Source: Polymyxa betae A26-41 (taxonomy: Eukaryota > Protista > Endomyxa: Phytomyxea). Taken from it: DNA of 64,000 nucleotides. Position numbers and translations under genes: made by a program. The notes below the pieces were generated by a model that saw only the letters and a list, made by a program, of their open reading frames with translations, did no database searches and was not told where the DNA came from. Position 1 is the first letter of the stretch; each line of letters opens with the position of its first letter. The DNA is taken from positions 124,001-188,000 of the forward strand of contig RBZT01000435.1 in the NCBI GenBank assembly GCA_003693705.1. Reading direction: 5' to 3'. Below, piece after piece: positions 1 to 11,320 of this stretch.

Positions 1-2439
1 TTCCATCGGCGTCTTCGACCGCAGATATCTCTGCGATGGACCACGAACACGCCATCATCGGACGCCCGCCACGACCTCTACCACGAGATCGGGACGCTGA
101 CCGCCTCGTTCCACGACTGCCAGAAACAGCTCGCGTCCGTCCAGTATACAGCCCGCCTCAATCCGCACAGCGTTCGCGTTCGAGAGCGCGCTGATCGCAC
201 CCAGCAGGAGATGGAGCGCGTCCATGACCAATTCCAAATGCTACTGCAACGAGAAGCTCATAAGAGCGTGACCGGCGCCGAGATCGTCTTCAACGGCTAC
301 AGGCAGCTATTCCAGGCTCGAACATGGCACTATAACGTCCTCATGGATGCCCTGCTGCGTCATTCGCCGGGCCAGTGCGACGCCATGCTCCAGCGCCTGG
401 ACCAGGACGGGACCGAGCCCGACGTCGAGTTCTTCAATCTGTGGCTGCGGGCGGCGTTGAAGACTCGCGCCAACCTCGACGAAGTCAGGCGCGTCCTGGA
501 CGAAATGCAGCGTCGCGGCGTCGACGCCGATCGCTACACGCAGTCGACGATGCTGGAAATCCTGTCCCATAATCGTCAGCTGGAGCTCGTCAATGAGACC
601 TTGGACAGCATGATCCGCGAGTCGCTGGCGCCGACGCCGGCGGCGCTGGCGCGCGTCCTGTGGCTGTACGGCGAGGTCGGCGATGTGGAGCGCGGCGATG
701 CGATTCGTGATTCGTTGCTGTCGGCGCCGGGACAGACGTATTCGTTGCAGATCTGGACGGCGATTATGCGATACACTATACAGAGAGGGCAGCTGGATGT
801 TGCAGAGAGGATCTGGGACGAAATGGATCAACAAGATACACGACCTGCTCCGGATGTATTCGATTCATATGTTGGCATATTGCTGGATAACAAGCAGCAG
901 AGATTATCGTGGGCGGAAAGGCGTCGCCGGCTGAGAAAGTTGCTGGGTCGGGCTGCGAAAGGATTCGTTCGATTATCGCTGCGTCCGGTTCTGCCGATTC
1001 TGCCACAGATCATACAAGACTATATTCATGATCAGGACGTCCTGACCATGTTATTCGAGGCGGTGGCACAGTCGAATTTCACAGCAAAGGTTGGCGTCCA
1101 GGCGTCGTTCTGCGATTGGTTCCATAAGACTGGCGATCTCGAGACATTGAAGGTTGTGATGGAGACGATGGAGAAGGTCGGACTTAGTGCTCAATCGCTC
1201 GGTCATACAATCGTACGGAAATGTGTTGATACCAAGCCCAGTTTATGCCTGAAAGTAACCCGGTTCATGGCTGGACGAGGTATCCCTGTTTATCGCGAAT
1301 CATTGGCCAGTATCGCGTTCGCCGGTGCCATCCGCGGCGATCTCGAGATCTGTGACCAGGTCCGCCAATTGATCGAGGAACTCGGCATGACGCCAACCGA
1401 ACCGTTGCTGAACGCTCATTTAAACACTGCGATCCAATCAAACTGCATGCAGCGTATCGACGAGCTGTTCGCAGAATCCCGTCAGCTCGGATTCACATTA
1501 CAGCCAGAGAACGCTCAATACTTGTTGGTGGCGCTCTCAAACCGCGGTGACCTCGATGCCTGCACGTACCTCTTCGACATGTTGAAGTGCGACGGGACCC
1601 GCGTCCCGACCGCTGTCGAGTACGACAGCCTGATCGCGGTTATCGTCAAGAGCGGCGATCCGCTGCGCGCTTTGGGGTTGGTTCGCGAGATGTGTTCGCA
1701 TGGGCTTTCGCCGTCTTACTCGCTCCTGCACGATGTCATTAATTCGTTCGTGCAGCGCGGCCTGTTGGATGATGCTTTACATCTTGTCGAGAGCCTGCCC
1801 CGGGGCAAGCTTACCGATTTCGCAACGACCTGCAGCAACTTGATCACGTTGCTGGCGCATCGCGGCGAACTCGAACGCTGCGAACGAGTCTGTGTCCTGC
1901 TGGAAGAGGCTGGCGGGTTCCCGAAAATCAGCGCCATGAATGCCCTCATCATTGCATTCGGCAACAACGGCATGGTGGACATGGCTGAGAAACTCTTTTC
2001 AATGGTCATGCAGAGGCAACCGTCAGCAAAGGCGTCGCAATCGTCGCACAATTCGTTTCTGGCCGTATTGGCGCGAAATGCACTGTTCGACCAATGCGGC
2101 AAGCTGATCGCCGAGATGGTATCTAAGGATATCCCGATCGAGCTGTTCGCTTTCCGGCAGCTGGTGTCGTCGTTCGCGTTCCGAGGGCGATTTGATGAGT
2201 GCGAATCTGCTTATGCTCATTTCAGCGGCGCGTATGATAGCAAGTTGGATAGTGTGTTCAGCTGGTTGGCAACCCCATATGCCCGAGCTAACGCCTTGGA
2301 TCGCCTTCGTTCATTCGCCAAGAAAGTTGCAAGAAGTCAGGACCAGGAACGACTTTTTTTAACGCGCATCGATGAAGTTCAGAGACAAACGAAAGAGAAA
2401 GCAACCGCGTTAAAAAGCAGTCGATCTTCTCGTCTATAA
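1..2439 (+). CDS. Pentatricopeptide-repeat (PPR) protein, probably mitochondrial; probably 5'-truncated by the window
   Basis: Intronless ORF with repeated ~35-aa PPR-like motifs (WHYNVLMDALL, YTQSTMLEIL, YDSLIAVIVKSG, MNALIIAFGNNG). The frame is open from base 1, upstream of the ATG at 211. Confidence 0.88.
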   Translation, partial: FHRRLRPQISLRWTTNTPSSDARHDLYHEIGTLTASFHDCQKQLASVQYTARLNPHSVRVRERADRTQQEMERVHDQFQMLLQREAHKSVTGAEIVFNGYRQLFQARTWHYNVLMDALLRHSPGQCDAMLQRLDQDGTEPDVEFFNLWLRAALKTRANLDEVRRVLDEMQRRGVDADRYTQSTMLEILSHNRQLELVNETLDSMIRESLAPTPAALARVLWLYGEVGDVERGDAIRDSLLSAPGQTYSLQIWTAIMRYTIQRGQLDVAERIWDEMDQQDTRPAPDVFDSYVGILLDNKQQRLSWAERRRRLRKLLGRAAKGFVRLSLRPVLPILPQIIQDYIHDQDVLTMLFEAVAQSNFTAKVGVQASFCDWFHKTGDLETLKVVMETMEKVGLSAQSLGHTIVRKCVDTKPSLCLKVTRFMAGRGIPVYRESLASIAFAGAIRGDLEICDQVRQLIEELGMTPTEPLLNAHLNTAIQSNCMQRIDELFAESRQLGFTLQPENAQYLLVALSNRGDLDACTYLFDMLKCDGTRVPTAVEYDSLIAVIVKSGDPLRALGLVREMCSHGLSPSYSLLHDVINSFVQRGLLDDALHLVESLPRGKLTDFATTCSNLITLLAHRGELERCERVCVLLEEAGGFPKISAMNALIIAFGNNGMVDMAEKLFSMVMQRQPSAKASQSSHNSFLAVLARNALFDQCGKLIAEMVSKDIPIELFAFRQLVSSFAFRGRFDECESAYAHFSGAYDSKLDSVFSWLATPYARANALDRLRSFAKKVARSQDQERLFLTRIDEVQRQTKEKATALKSSRSSRL

Positions 2440-2624
2440 ATATATTTATAATGAATCTATGGTTTGAAACTGCTGTACAGTAAATGAAACTATGAGAATC
2501 TTTTATCTGTTTTGCGACTCCTACCTTCCATGTCTGCTCTTCAACATGACTCAACCAACACGCGTTTCCAGTACGGCAACGAAGGCACGCGGCCCGAGTT
2601 TCGCTTCATTGTTCAACCGTAAAC

Positions 2625-3419
2625 ATGATCGCGGGAGGTGCTACTGATATCCATCAACGAGGGTCTCGTCGCCCTGATGGACCCCCATCCTTTGGTTCCA
2701 GGTCTTTCGAAAGCGACCCGGATAAAGTACACGCACGAACAAGGCGCCCATCTATGTCGATATTCCAGACCGGATCAACGGTTACTTTTGCAGCTATTGG
2801 TGCAGTATTGCTACTGATTCTAATTGGAGCCGTCATAATGATTTCCGATACCCGCGGGGATCAGTACCGAGTCGATGAGCGTACACCACTTGTTCCTGGA
2901 CCAAAAGCTAAAAAAATCGTGGAGGAAGCACTGAAGAAGAAAATAAGCGACGAAAGCGCTGAAGAATACGCACAACGAGTTCGTGAAAGATACTTGAACA
3001 GAATCGCCAAATTACGGGAAGAAGAAATGAAGAAATTAGCAGAAGATGCAGCGAAGAACGAACAACTTGAGCCGGAAGCTGCTCAAGAACCGCCGACTGA
3101 ACAAGTACATCAAGCACAACAAGCACAACCTCCTCAACCGCAGGCAGTACCTGCTGAGCCTGTACCCCAAGCTCAACCGCCCCATAATTCTTTGGAGGAA
3201 AGCTTAAGAGCCATTCATGAACAGCTTGCTAGACTTCAAGCAGGGTTCCTACAGAAACAGGTTGAGCAACAAACGTCACCATCACCTCCTCCAAGCTTAT
3301 CAGCACAGGAGGTACAACGACAGTCTGAACTCCAAGAGCTTGCCAGGAAAATGAATGAGCTGAGAGCACAAAGTGCTGCTCTCGAGGCTATGATCGAAGA
3401 AGCCAAAAACAAGCAATAA
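2625..3419 (+). CDS. Hypothetical single-pass membrane protein with coiled-coil and Pro/Gln-rich tail
   Basis: 264-aa ORF with one hydrophobic segment (FAAIGAVLLLILIGAVIMI), then DERTPLV and Glu/Lys/Gln-rich helices. Alternative start at 2754. Confidence 0.65.
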   Translation: MIAGGATDIHQRGSRRPDGPPSFGSRSFESDPDKVHARTRRPSMSIFQTGSTVTFAAIGAVLLLILIGAVIMISDTRGDQYRVDERTPLVPGPKAKKIVEEALKKKISDESAEEYAQRVRERYLNRIAKLREEEMKKLAEDAAKNEQLEPEAAQEPPTEQVHQAQQAQPPQPQAVPAEPVPQAQPPHNSLEESLRAIHEQLARLQAGFLQKQVEQQTSPSPPPSLSAQEVQRQSELQELARKMNELRAQSAALEAMIEEAKNKQ

Positions 3420-3491
3420 TTGCAAACCGGATATCGTGAGAATAAATTGATATATATCGAAGCATGTCGCTGTATAATCATCAGTTAGCAG

Positions 3492-5884
3492 TCAGATAAA
3501 GTGAGGATATCGTTCATTGAAGATCCAGCTTTTGACAGTACTGTCTTGCGAACAACTGCAAACAGAGACGTTAACAACTGGCTGAGACAGACACTCGCGG
3601 TCTCTACCTAAGTAGAAGCGACTGCGCCTTACACCATCTGGCACTAAAAACTGCACCTTTATGTCCAGGCAACCTTTGAACTAGTTCTCCGCTCTCAACA
3701 TCCCAGATATATACTTTTCCGTCATCTGAACCACCAAACACCAAGGCCTGTGAAAACTTGTCAATTCCATTAATATTATTTCCCATTGGAGCAGTTTACA
3801 TGGTTGGGACCGAAGGCTGCCCTAACAAAATTTTTACTGGTATTTTGATGGCCTTTTAGCCTTTGGAATGGTCTACCAACACGAACATCCCATAAACGGT
3901 TGCTATTATCTTTTGAGCAACTCAATAATTGAGTGCCAGACGCGTTCATCTGAACAGAGGTGACTTCGCCCAACAGCAAGCTGTATGTTTTTACGCAGAC
4001 TCCACTAACAACATCCCAAAACTTAATCGTATTGTCCTATCAATATACTCTGAATGAACTATCTGTCTAATATCCACAGCGAGATACTTTGGAGCCGGTT
4101 ACAACCAAATTGCCCCGTGGATTGAACACGACTGAAGCAACGGATGACTGGTGATCACGAAAGGTAACGACGTTAACTCCTTTCTCAATATCATATAATC
4201 GAGCAAGTTTGTCGTAGCCACCCGTCACTACGTGCGTCTAAACAAGGTTAAAACAGTAAACAGAAGTAAATCACATACGGTACCTGAGCTGGATGAAACT
4301 TGACTGAATAGACATCACCCCCGTGACCTCTCAAAGTAGTTAGGCAACCGATACTAGAAGGTTCATCAGAAGTAACGGCAGTGTCAGAGAGGTCGGTGCT
4401 CCATACCTGATCATCAATGTTAACTCTAAGAATCTGCCGGTTTTATGAACTCAAACCCTGACGCTGGAGTCGCCTGAGCACGACGCAACCATACTGCCAG
4501 AAGTATTGCTTGCAACATCCCATACTCGAGAGGTATGCCCAGTCCAAGTCCTGAGAAAGTATTTAATGACAGAACGAACAGAACGTAAAATGCAGACACA
4601 AGATACCTAAGGCATTGCCCAGAGCCAGTATCCCAAAGCCTAACTGTATTATCGCTCGAACCCGAAACAATTTGTAACCCCTCTTCGCCCACAAATTCAA
4701 CTCCTTTGACATTGTTTGTATGGCCAGAGAAAGTTCTCAGCACAACCTGGTGATAATATCAATGATTGCTGTCACATAAACGAAAGACTAACGTTGGGCA
4801 GGATAAAATTGCAATGATCAGAAAGCAAACTGATAACAGGGGTTTTGAGTTTCGGATGATACCGAGAAAACTCAATTTGGTACGCAACAGCTTGCTGAAT
4901 AACTGTTAAGTAAATGGGAGTTGCCTCAACCAGAGGAAAACCTGAAGCAGTTCTACAAGACGTCCTGATGGAACATCATCGCAACCTGTAATCAATGTAA
5001 GAACTTAACGCTGAAGTAACGCAAGTAATACAATCTACTTCGGATACTGTCAATATCATTCTGCAAAATTGCTTCAAATTGGCTGGCCAATTTCTCTCTG
5101 GAACACGATGAAGATATCTCAGGTATCCATATGTTTCAAACTGACCTTGATGCTGCTACTCCTAGCCAATCTTTGAAAGAAGCAGCTTCTTGGACAGAGC
5201 GGCACGTCAAAAGATAGCATAAGTCCTGGAACTCAGTAGGATCTGCCGTGGCTTCAAACGGTTTTAGATACTTATTTAGAAATGCAAACGCCTAAAAACA
5301 ACGTACTTGATATTTAGCAATAAGAATAAACTGAAATCAACCTTTTGCGTTTCCTGCTTATCTATGAGTTCAAGGTAGCTTTGCTTATATGTAGCATACA
5401 ATAGACATTTATGCAGAGCTAAAGGGATTTTCGAACACAAGTTTTCGACCTCGGCCCCTAATGCTGATTTTCAACGATCAGTATTTTGTGCGGAAATTGA
5501 ATACATTCTCCTGCAGTAATCGCGGCTTGAAGTTTTTTGATCCTGTTGCGACGCTGCAGTCCTTCCGAGATCTTTATATTCGCTTCGTCTTGAACAGTCA
5601 GCATCGATGAAAGGTAACCCTCGTCGCGAAGATACTGAATAATCAGTCGTGTTATATCCTGAATGATATTAATAGCCCAAGCTTCAGAAAACGGCATAGC
5701 TTACTCTTCTTATCCTGACATCCTCAGGATCGAACGTTTCATTTTTCGGATCGATTCGTTTGCGTCGCAAATCGACCTGCACGAGTCCAGCAGCCACCGC
5801 ATCGAACCTAGAAGCTCAGCTCGAAAAGCAGCTCTTTAGAAAGTCGCCTCTAACGTACGATAGCTGCTTCTCAGAATGACTCAT
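3492..5884 (-). CDS. LisH/CTLH-domain WD40-repeat protein (multi-exon)
   Basis: N-terminal LisH-like RLIIQYLRDEGY plus CTLH-like helices; many GH...WD repeats (GHTNNVKGV...SSDNTVRLWD, SKDNSNRLWD, GSDDGKVYIWD). Spliced start MSHSEKQLS at 5884, stop TGA at 3492. Confidence 0.85.
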
Positions 5885-6044
5885 GAAGGCACTCCCGTCA
5901 AAGGGAACCAAACAAAGTGGAGGTGAACGAATGTTGGGGGCAGATCTTTCGCAGTTGCTTGGTAACAAAAACAGCGCTGGGACCTGGACTGATTTCATCC
6001 CATCTCCGTCGTCCGATCTCAGTGTATCAATTTGCCTTCCTGTG

Positions 6045-6635
6045 ATGAATGTCATTGAGCGCAACCTCTATGGAGGTGCCATGAGCGTCTCGGTGCCTTC
6101 GCTATGTGCCGATATTGGCCAGTTCCGTCAGGTACCTGACAACCAGGAGGTATTTGCTGATGCAAATAGTGACCAGAGCGTGATAGTCGAGATCAATGAA
6201 GTCCTCCCGACTGCTGACGCTCAGTGTGCCAGGTTTGTTTTTTAGCGGTCGGTTACGAATTTGTTGTCAATCGATGACAGGGAGCATTTCGAAGAGCTTG
6301 CTGAATGTAACAGTGCATCGGAATCGACAATCTTAGAGCAAGGTGAGATGCATACATGTCAAGGCGAGATTGCATATTTCGTAAACGGCAGACAAAGAAT
6401 CACCAAATTCAGGGATACCGAATCGCAAGCGAATCTAGTCGATATCTGGCTGTTCGTTATACGGCTTCGTGAGCATGAAGCCGATGTTGTTTTGACGCTG
6501 AATTCACCTTTGACAATCGCACCACACAGCTCAAGCAGTCATTGTCTGCCAACTGATTCGGCTCGGAATCGTGAACTTGCCAGCCACATAATCTCCTCGT
6601 TTAAGATTAACAATCTCAGGCTACTTTTCAGCTAA
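6045..6635 (+). CDS. MOG1: Ran guanine-nucleotide release factor Mog1
   Basis: LYGGAM...FRQVPDNQEVFAD...DQSVIVEI is the Mog1 signature. One intron near 6232-6280. Confidence 0.9.
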
Positions 6636-6923
6636 CCTCTGTCTTGACTAAATTATTGGATTTTACTACATGCACGTTACTTATTGATCTCTCCATATGC
6701 TTTCTGGTGACAATTTGTGCATCTATTGAATATAAATACATGCTTTTACACTGTTATATATACCTAAACCTTTGTTAAGAAACGCCCCAAAATATAAAAC
6801 AGTGCAGTGATTGCGGAGTGCGATTGGCTCTTAAATTTCATCAGCTGTTTTCTTCAGCAGGGCACTCTCTTTGCAGAGCGTCTATATCTGTACTGCTTTT
6901 GCAGATAGGTACAGGACGCTGCA

Positions 6924-9900
6924 ATGGATAGCGACCGCGATGTCCGGTCAAGCGACGCCGAGGACGTTCGTCATATCGATTTGCACATCCGGCAATGTCT
7001 GATTGGACTTAGGGCGCCAGCGATGAATCGTTTTCGGACGCTAGCTCCGATGTCAAGATGCCAGCGACAAGGCACAGGCCTATAGCGACCAAACGTCCCG
7101 CTACGACAGCGTCGAAACGACCCCGAGTGACCGCTTCGAAGATGCCTGTCGCTTCAAAGCGACCGGCAGCCTCCAAGCGGCCAGCAATGGCGTCGAAAAG
7201 GCCTGCTAGTAAGAAAATGCCAAGTAAAAGGCCTGTAGCACATGATTCAAGTGATGACGAGGAAGAAGATAAGGTTCGATACGAACTGTTTTCCTTACGC
7301 TCGCATTTACCAGTTGCAGGATTTCTCCGAGGAAGAAGACGAAGAAGAAGAAGAGGAGGAGGAAGAAGAGGACGAAGAATCGGAGGACAGTGGACCTCCC
7401 GCTAAGCGAAAGAAAGGAGGAAGCTCAAGGTGCATTTGTATGTTGTACAGCCGAGCTATTCGTTGACTGATGCCAGGTCGAAATTCATTGACGATGCGGC
7501 CGATGTTGACCTCGATGCCGATGAGGATGATGACGAGGAGGAAGCCGGTGTCAAGCAACTGGAGAGTGAATTGGCGCAGCGAAGGGTAGAAGAGGTTCGG
7601 CAAATTTTCTTCATTTCGAAGCCCTTTTTGCTCATTCTCATCTTGTTGATTGATTACAGAGAGAACGAGAAGCGGCGAAACGACGAAGCGCTTTGCAACT
7701 CGACCCAGATGCCGAGGCCGAAGAAATGCGGCGTCTAGCTAAAGATGTAAGATAACCTTGGATTTTTCCTTTGGTTTTCTGATTTATTTGTAGGTTGCTC
7801 ATCGATATGGAGCGAATGAATACGACGAGGATGATGATGATGATGAAGATTTGGATGAAGAAGATGATGGGGATGACTATCAGGTTGGTGATTTCGAATT
7901 CTTCGTTCCTTTTTTCTTACTGAAGAACTAGCAACAACGGCCTGCTGCCCCAGTTCATCGTCGTCGCGCTAGTGCAAATCAGGTTGTTAATCCTCTCCCC
8001 TCAATTCGGGACCCGAAACTTTGGCTGCTTCGCTGTAAACCGGGAACTGAACAGAACGTTGTCTGCGATCTCATGAATAGGTCCTGCGTGTTCTCGAAAT
8101 TTTCACCGATGTTTATTGTCGCTTCTGACTAGGTCATACATTCGAGCATCCACCCAAGATGCATTGTTCATTAAGACCGCCTTCACCACGAATGTCGGTT
8201 CTGGTTATCTCTATATTGAAGCAGAAAAAGAGGTTCACGTTCAGAAAGCGATTGCCAATGTGCGCTTCGTGAATCAGAAAAAGATCACGTTGGTGCCGAT
8301 CAAAGAGATGGTTCAGGCTATTACCATTCAGAAGAAGAAGGTCGTGTTAGCTCTGATTATGTGTCGCCGTCGCGCCAACTTCGCTGTCAGGTTTCTGTGA
8401 AGCGAGGTGATTGGGTTCGGCTAAAGCGCGGTATCTACAAAGGCGACCTGGCTCAAGTCGTTATGACCGCCGATCAGGGCACACAGATTACGGTGAAGAT
8501 CATACCACGAATCGATTATACCAAATTGGGCAACGAAGACAAGCCAGGTTGGTTTATCCGTCTCATTCCTCGTCTGTAACGTTTATTCCTATCTAGCTCA
8601 TTTCACACCGAAGACCCGGCCGGCTGCTCGACTTCTGAATCCGGCTGAATTACGCGAGATGGGTGAATATCTCGAACGAAGGCAGGAACCTATCACCGGC
8701 GCCAACTGCATTTTATTCAATAACAATTTCTACAAGAACGGCTTTTTGTACAAAACTATGCGGGTTGTTTGCGTTTTTAGCATCATTGTCAACCTCACTG
8801 TTTTTGCAGATCAGTAATGTTGTTGTTGATGGTGTTGGAGCGACTCTTTCAGAAGTGGAAAAATTCCAACAGCGCATCGCCGATAGTGATGACGAGGCAG
8901 ACGACCAAGAGCAGGATTTGGATCTCTTGGAAGCCTGCAGGGTAGTTCTGTTTGTCGCTTGTTACAGATTTGATTGATTGTTTGTCATGCCCAGACGGTG
9001 TCGGCTGCAGCTCAGGAATACGGGCCTCGATTTGCCAAAGGCAACAGCGTCAAGGTGATCCTGGGCGATTTGAAACATTTAACTGGTGTCGTCCTCAGTA
9101 TTGTCGATGACAAAGTGACAATGATGCCGGCCCATGAGGTAGATTGGCTCCTCCTTGGTACCGTTCTTCTTTAAAGCGTATGTCTGTTAGGATTTACATG
9201 AGCCGATTACCTTCCCTCAGTCGGATCTCAGAAAGTATTTTAAACTTGGTGATCACGTCAAGGTAATATCTCTGTGCGAACATTTCTCTTTGTTTACAGC
9301 TGTGAAGGTGATTCGTGGCGAGTACAAAGACGAAACTGGTCTCATTGTCCGTGTTGAAGACGATGAAGACGTTATTGTACGCAAAACGTTCAGTCAATCG
9401 CTGAAACTGTTTCTCATTCTCTAAACCAGGTCGTATTTTCCGATATCAGCGCTCGGGAGATGCGAGTTTTTGCAGTTGATGTGATCGAATCATCCGAAGT
9501 AACGTTCAGTTTAGGTTTAGTGACTGCAGACATTGACAGGCATGTCAGGTTTCTTCTGGAAGAGACACATTAGGGAACTACGAATTGCACGACCTGGTTA
9601 GCGTTCGTGACTCGGTCGGAGTCATCATCAAGATTGATATCGGTTCTGTTCAAGTTCTTGATACGAAGGTGTGTAGGCGATTGTTCTGGGTTTTCCCTGT
9701 TTGATTATGTATTAGGGTGTGATAATGACCGTTCGCCTGCAAGACATCGGCAGACGGCGAAACAATCGTGCTTCCGTTGCTTTGGATGCGAACAGCAGAC
9801 AGATTGCTGCTGGAGATGCAGTCAAAGTCGTCCCCAATGCTGGATCGCATTATTCGGGTGTATCGGGAACTGTACTGCACGTATTCAGGTCGTTTGTGTT

Positions 9901-11295
9901 TGTCCGATCGCGAGAGGTGAGCGTTCCCTGATGTTCAACTGATGCTTACATTTAATCGCTTTAGGTGCCCGATAACGGCGGCATTTTCGTGGTTCGAGCT
10001 CGTTCCATCAGTTTGGTTGGCGAGCATCAGTTCTACGGTGACGGGCACGGACGCTCCAATACCACTTCGACACAAAAACCCGGTAGTGTATTTAAAAGTT
10101 GTGTTCAGCCTCATATAATGGAGTTCATGATCAGGTGCTACTGTATTACCGGCATTTACTCGTGGTCGCCGTCCTCAGTCACATCCGCTGTTAAGCGAAA
10201 CAGTTGTGATCAAGAGCGGTCCGCATAAAGGGTTGCTTGGTATTGTCAAAGACGCCAGCGATTCTTGCGTTCGTGTGGAATTACATTCAGTCTCGAAAAC
10301 CGTCAATGTCCCCATCGGCAACGTGGCGGTCCGAACCAGCACTGCTTATGGTGCCAGGTATTTCGTACTATGCTTTCGTGTTTCGCTTGACACTGATATG
10401 CTCTAAGTCAACCTATGTCGTACTCTGGTGCACAAACGCCGTTGGTCGGTGGAGCTACGCCTGCATGGAATTCCGGTGCGCGAACGCCTATGCATGCTGG
10501 TGCGATGACGCCGATGCATTCGTCGCACACTCCATCAAACGATTCCGCATGGAATGCTAATGCGCCTATGACGCCGATCCACACTGCCACGCCATCCGTC
10601 GTAACTCCATCAGCAGGCGGATGGGACGACAGCAATTCCGGTTGGGGTGATTCCAACTGGGGCCAGACCGCCCAGACGCCGCGAACACCATCAGCTGTCC
10701 CGGTCACTCCATATGACGGCAGTAACTGGGGCGCACCAGGTAATAATAGACCTTCTCCATTCGATCGTAGGACTTAATATTTGAAGCGACACCTGCCGAT
10801 CCGACCACCCCGCATACTCCAGCGACTCCATACACAACCAATGCGATGGTGTATACGCCTGAGCCACATACACCATATACACCGTTGTCGGCTTCATATG
10901 CGACGCCAACGACTCCTAATCCATCGACACCAACTCCATACACACCGAAGTCACCAGCGCCAATGTCAGCTGGTGGCGTTTCCGTTGCCATACCGAAGGA
11001 TTGGGTTGAACCCGGCTTGGAGGTCATCATGTCGAACGGCATAACCGCTGTCGTTCAAGCAGTCAGCAATGGCATGGCGACGCTGTCTTCGAAAACCCAG
11101 ACGTTCGATAATGTTCCAGTACAAGATTTACTGCCGTCGACTCCGGCTAAGAACGATCGGTTAAAGATCATTGCCGGAGAAATCAAAGGACAGACTGGTA
11201 CTTTGTTGGGTGTTGATGGGACAGATGGTATTGTTAAGACAGTTTCGCTTGATATCAACATCATTGAGATGTCGAGTTTATGCCGGCTGCCTTAA
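6924..11295 (+). CDS. SPT5: Transcription elongation factor Spt5 (DSIF large subunit)
   Basis: Acidic N-terminus, LPSIRDPKLWLLRCKPG, NGN domain (GYLYIEAEKE), several KOW motifs (VRLKRGIYKGDLAQV, IKSGPHKGLLGIVKD), Thr-Pro C-terminal repeats and terminal KOW motifs. Confidence 0.96.
7329..7380 (+). repeat. Coding GAA/GAG trinucleotide run (poly-Glu) in Spt5
   Basis: gaggaagaagacgaagaagaagaagaggaggaggaagaagaggacgaagaa encodes an acidic tract. Confidence 0.8.
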
Positions 11296-11320
11296 TTGCT
11301 CATTGATTATTCTTAATTAA

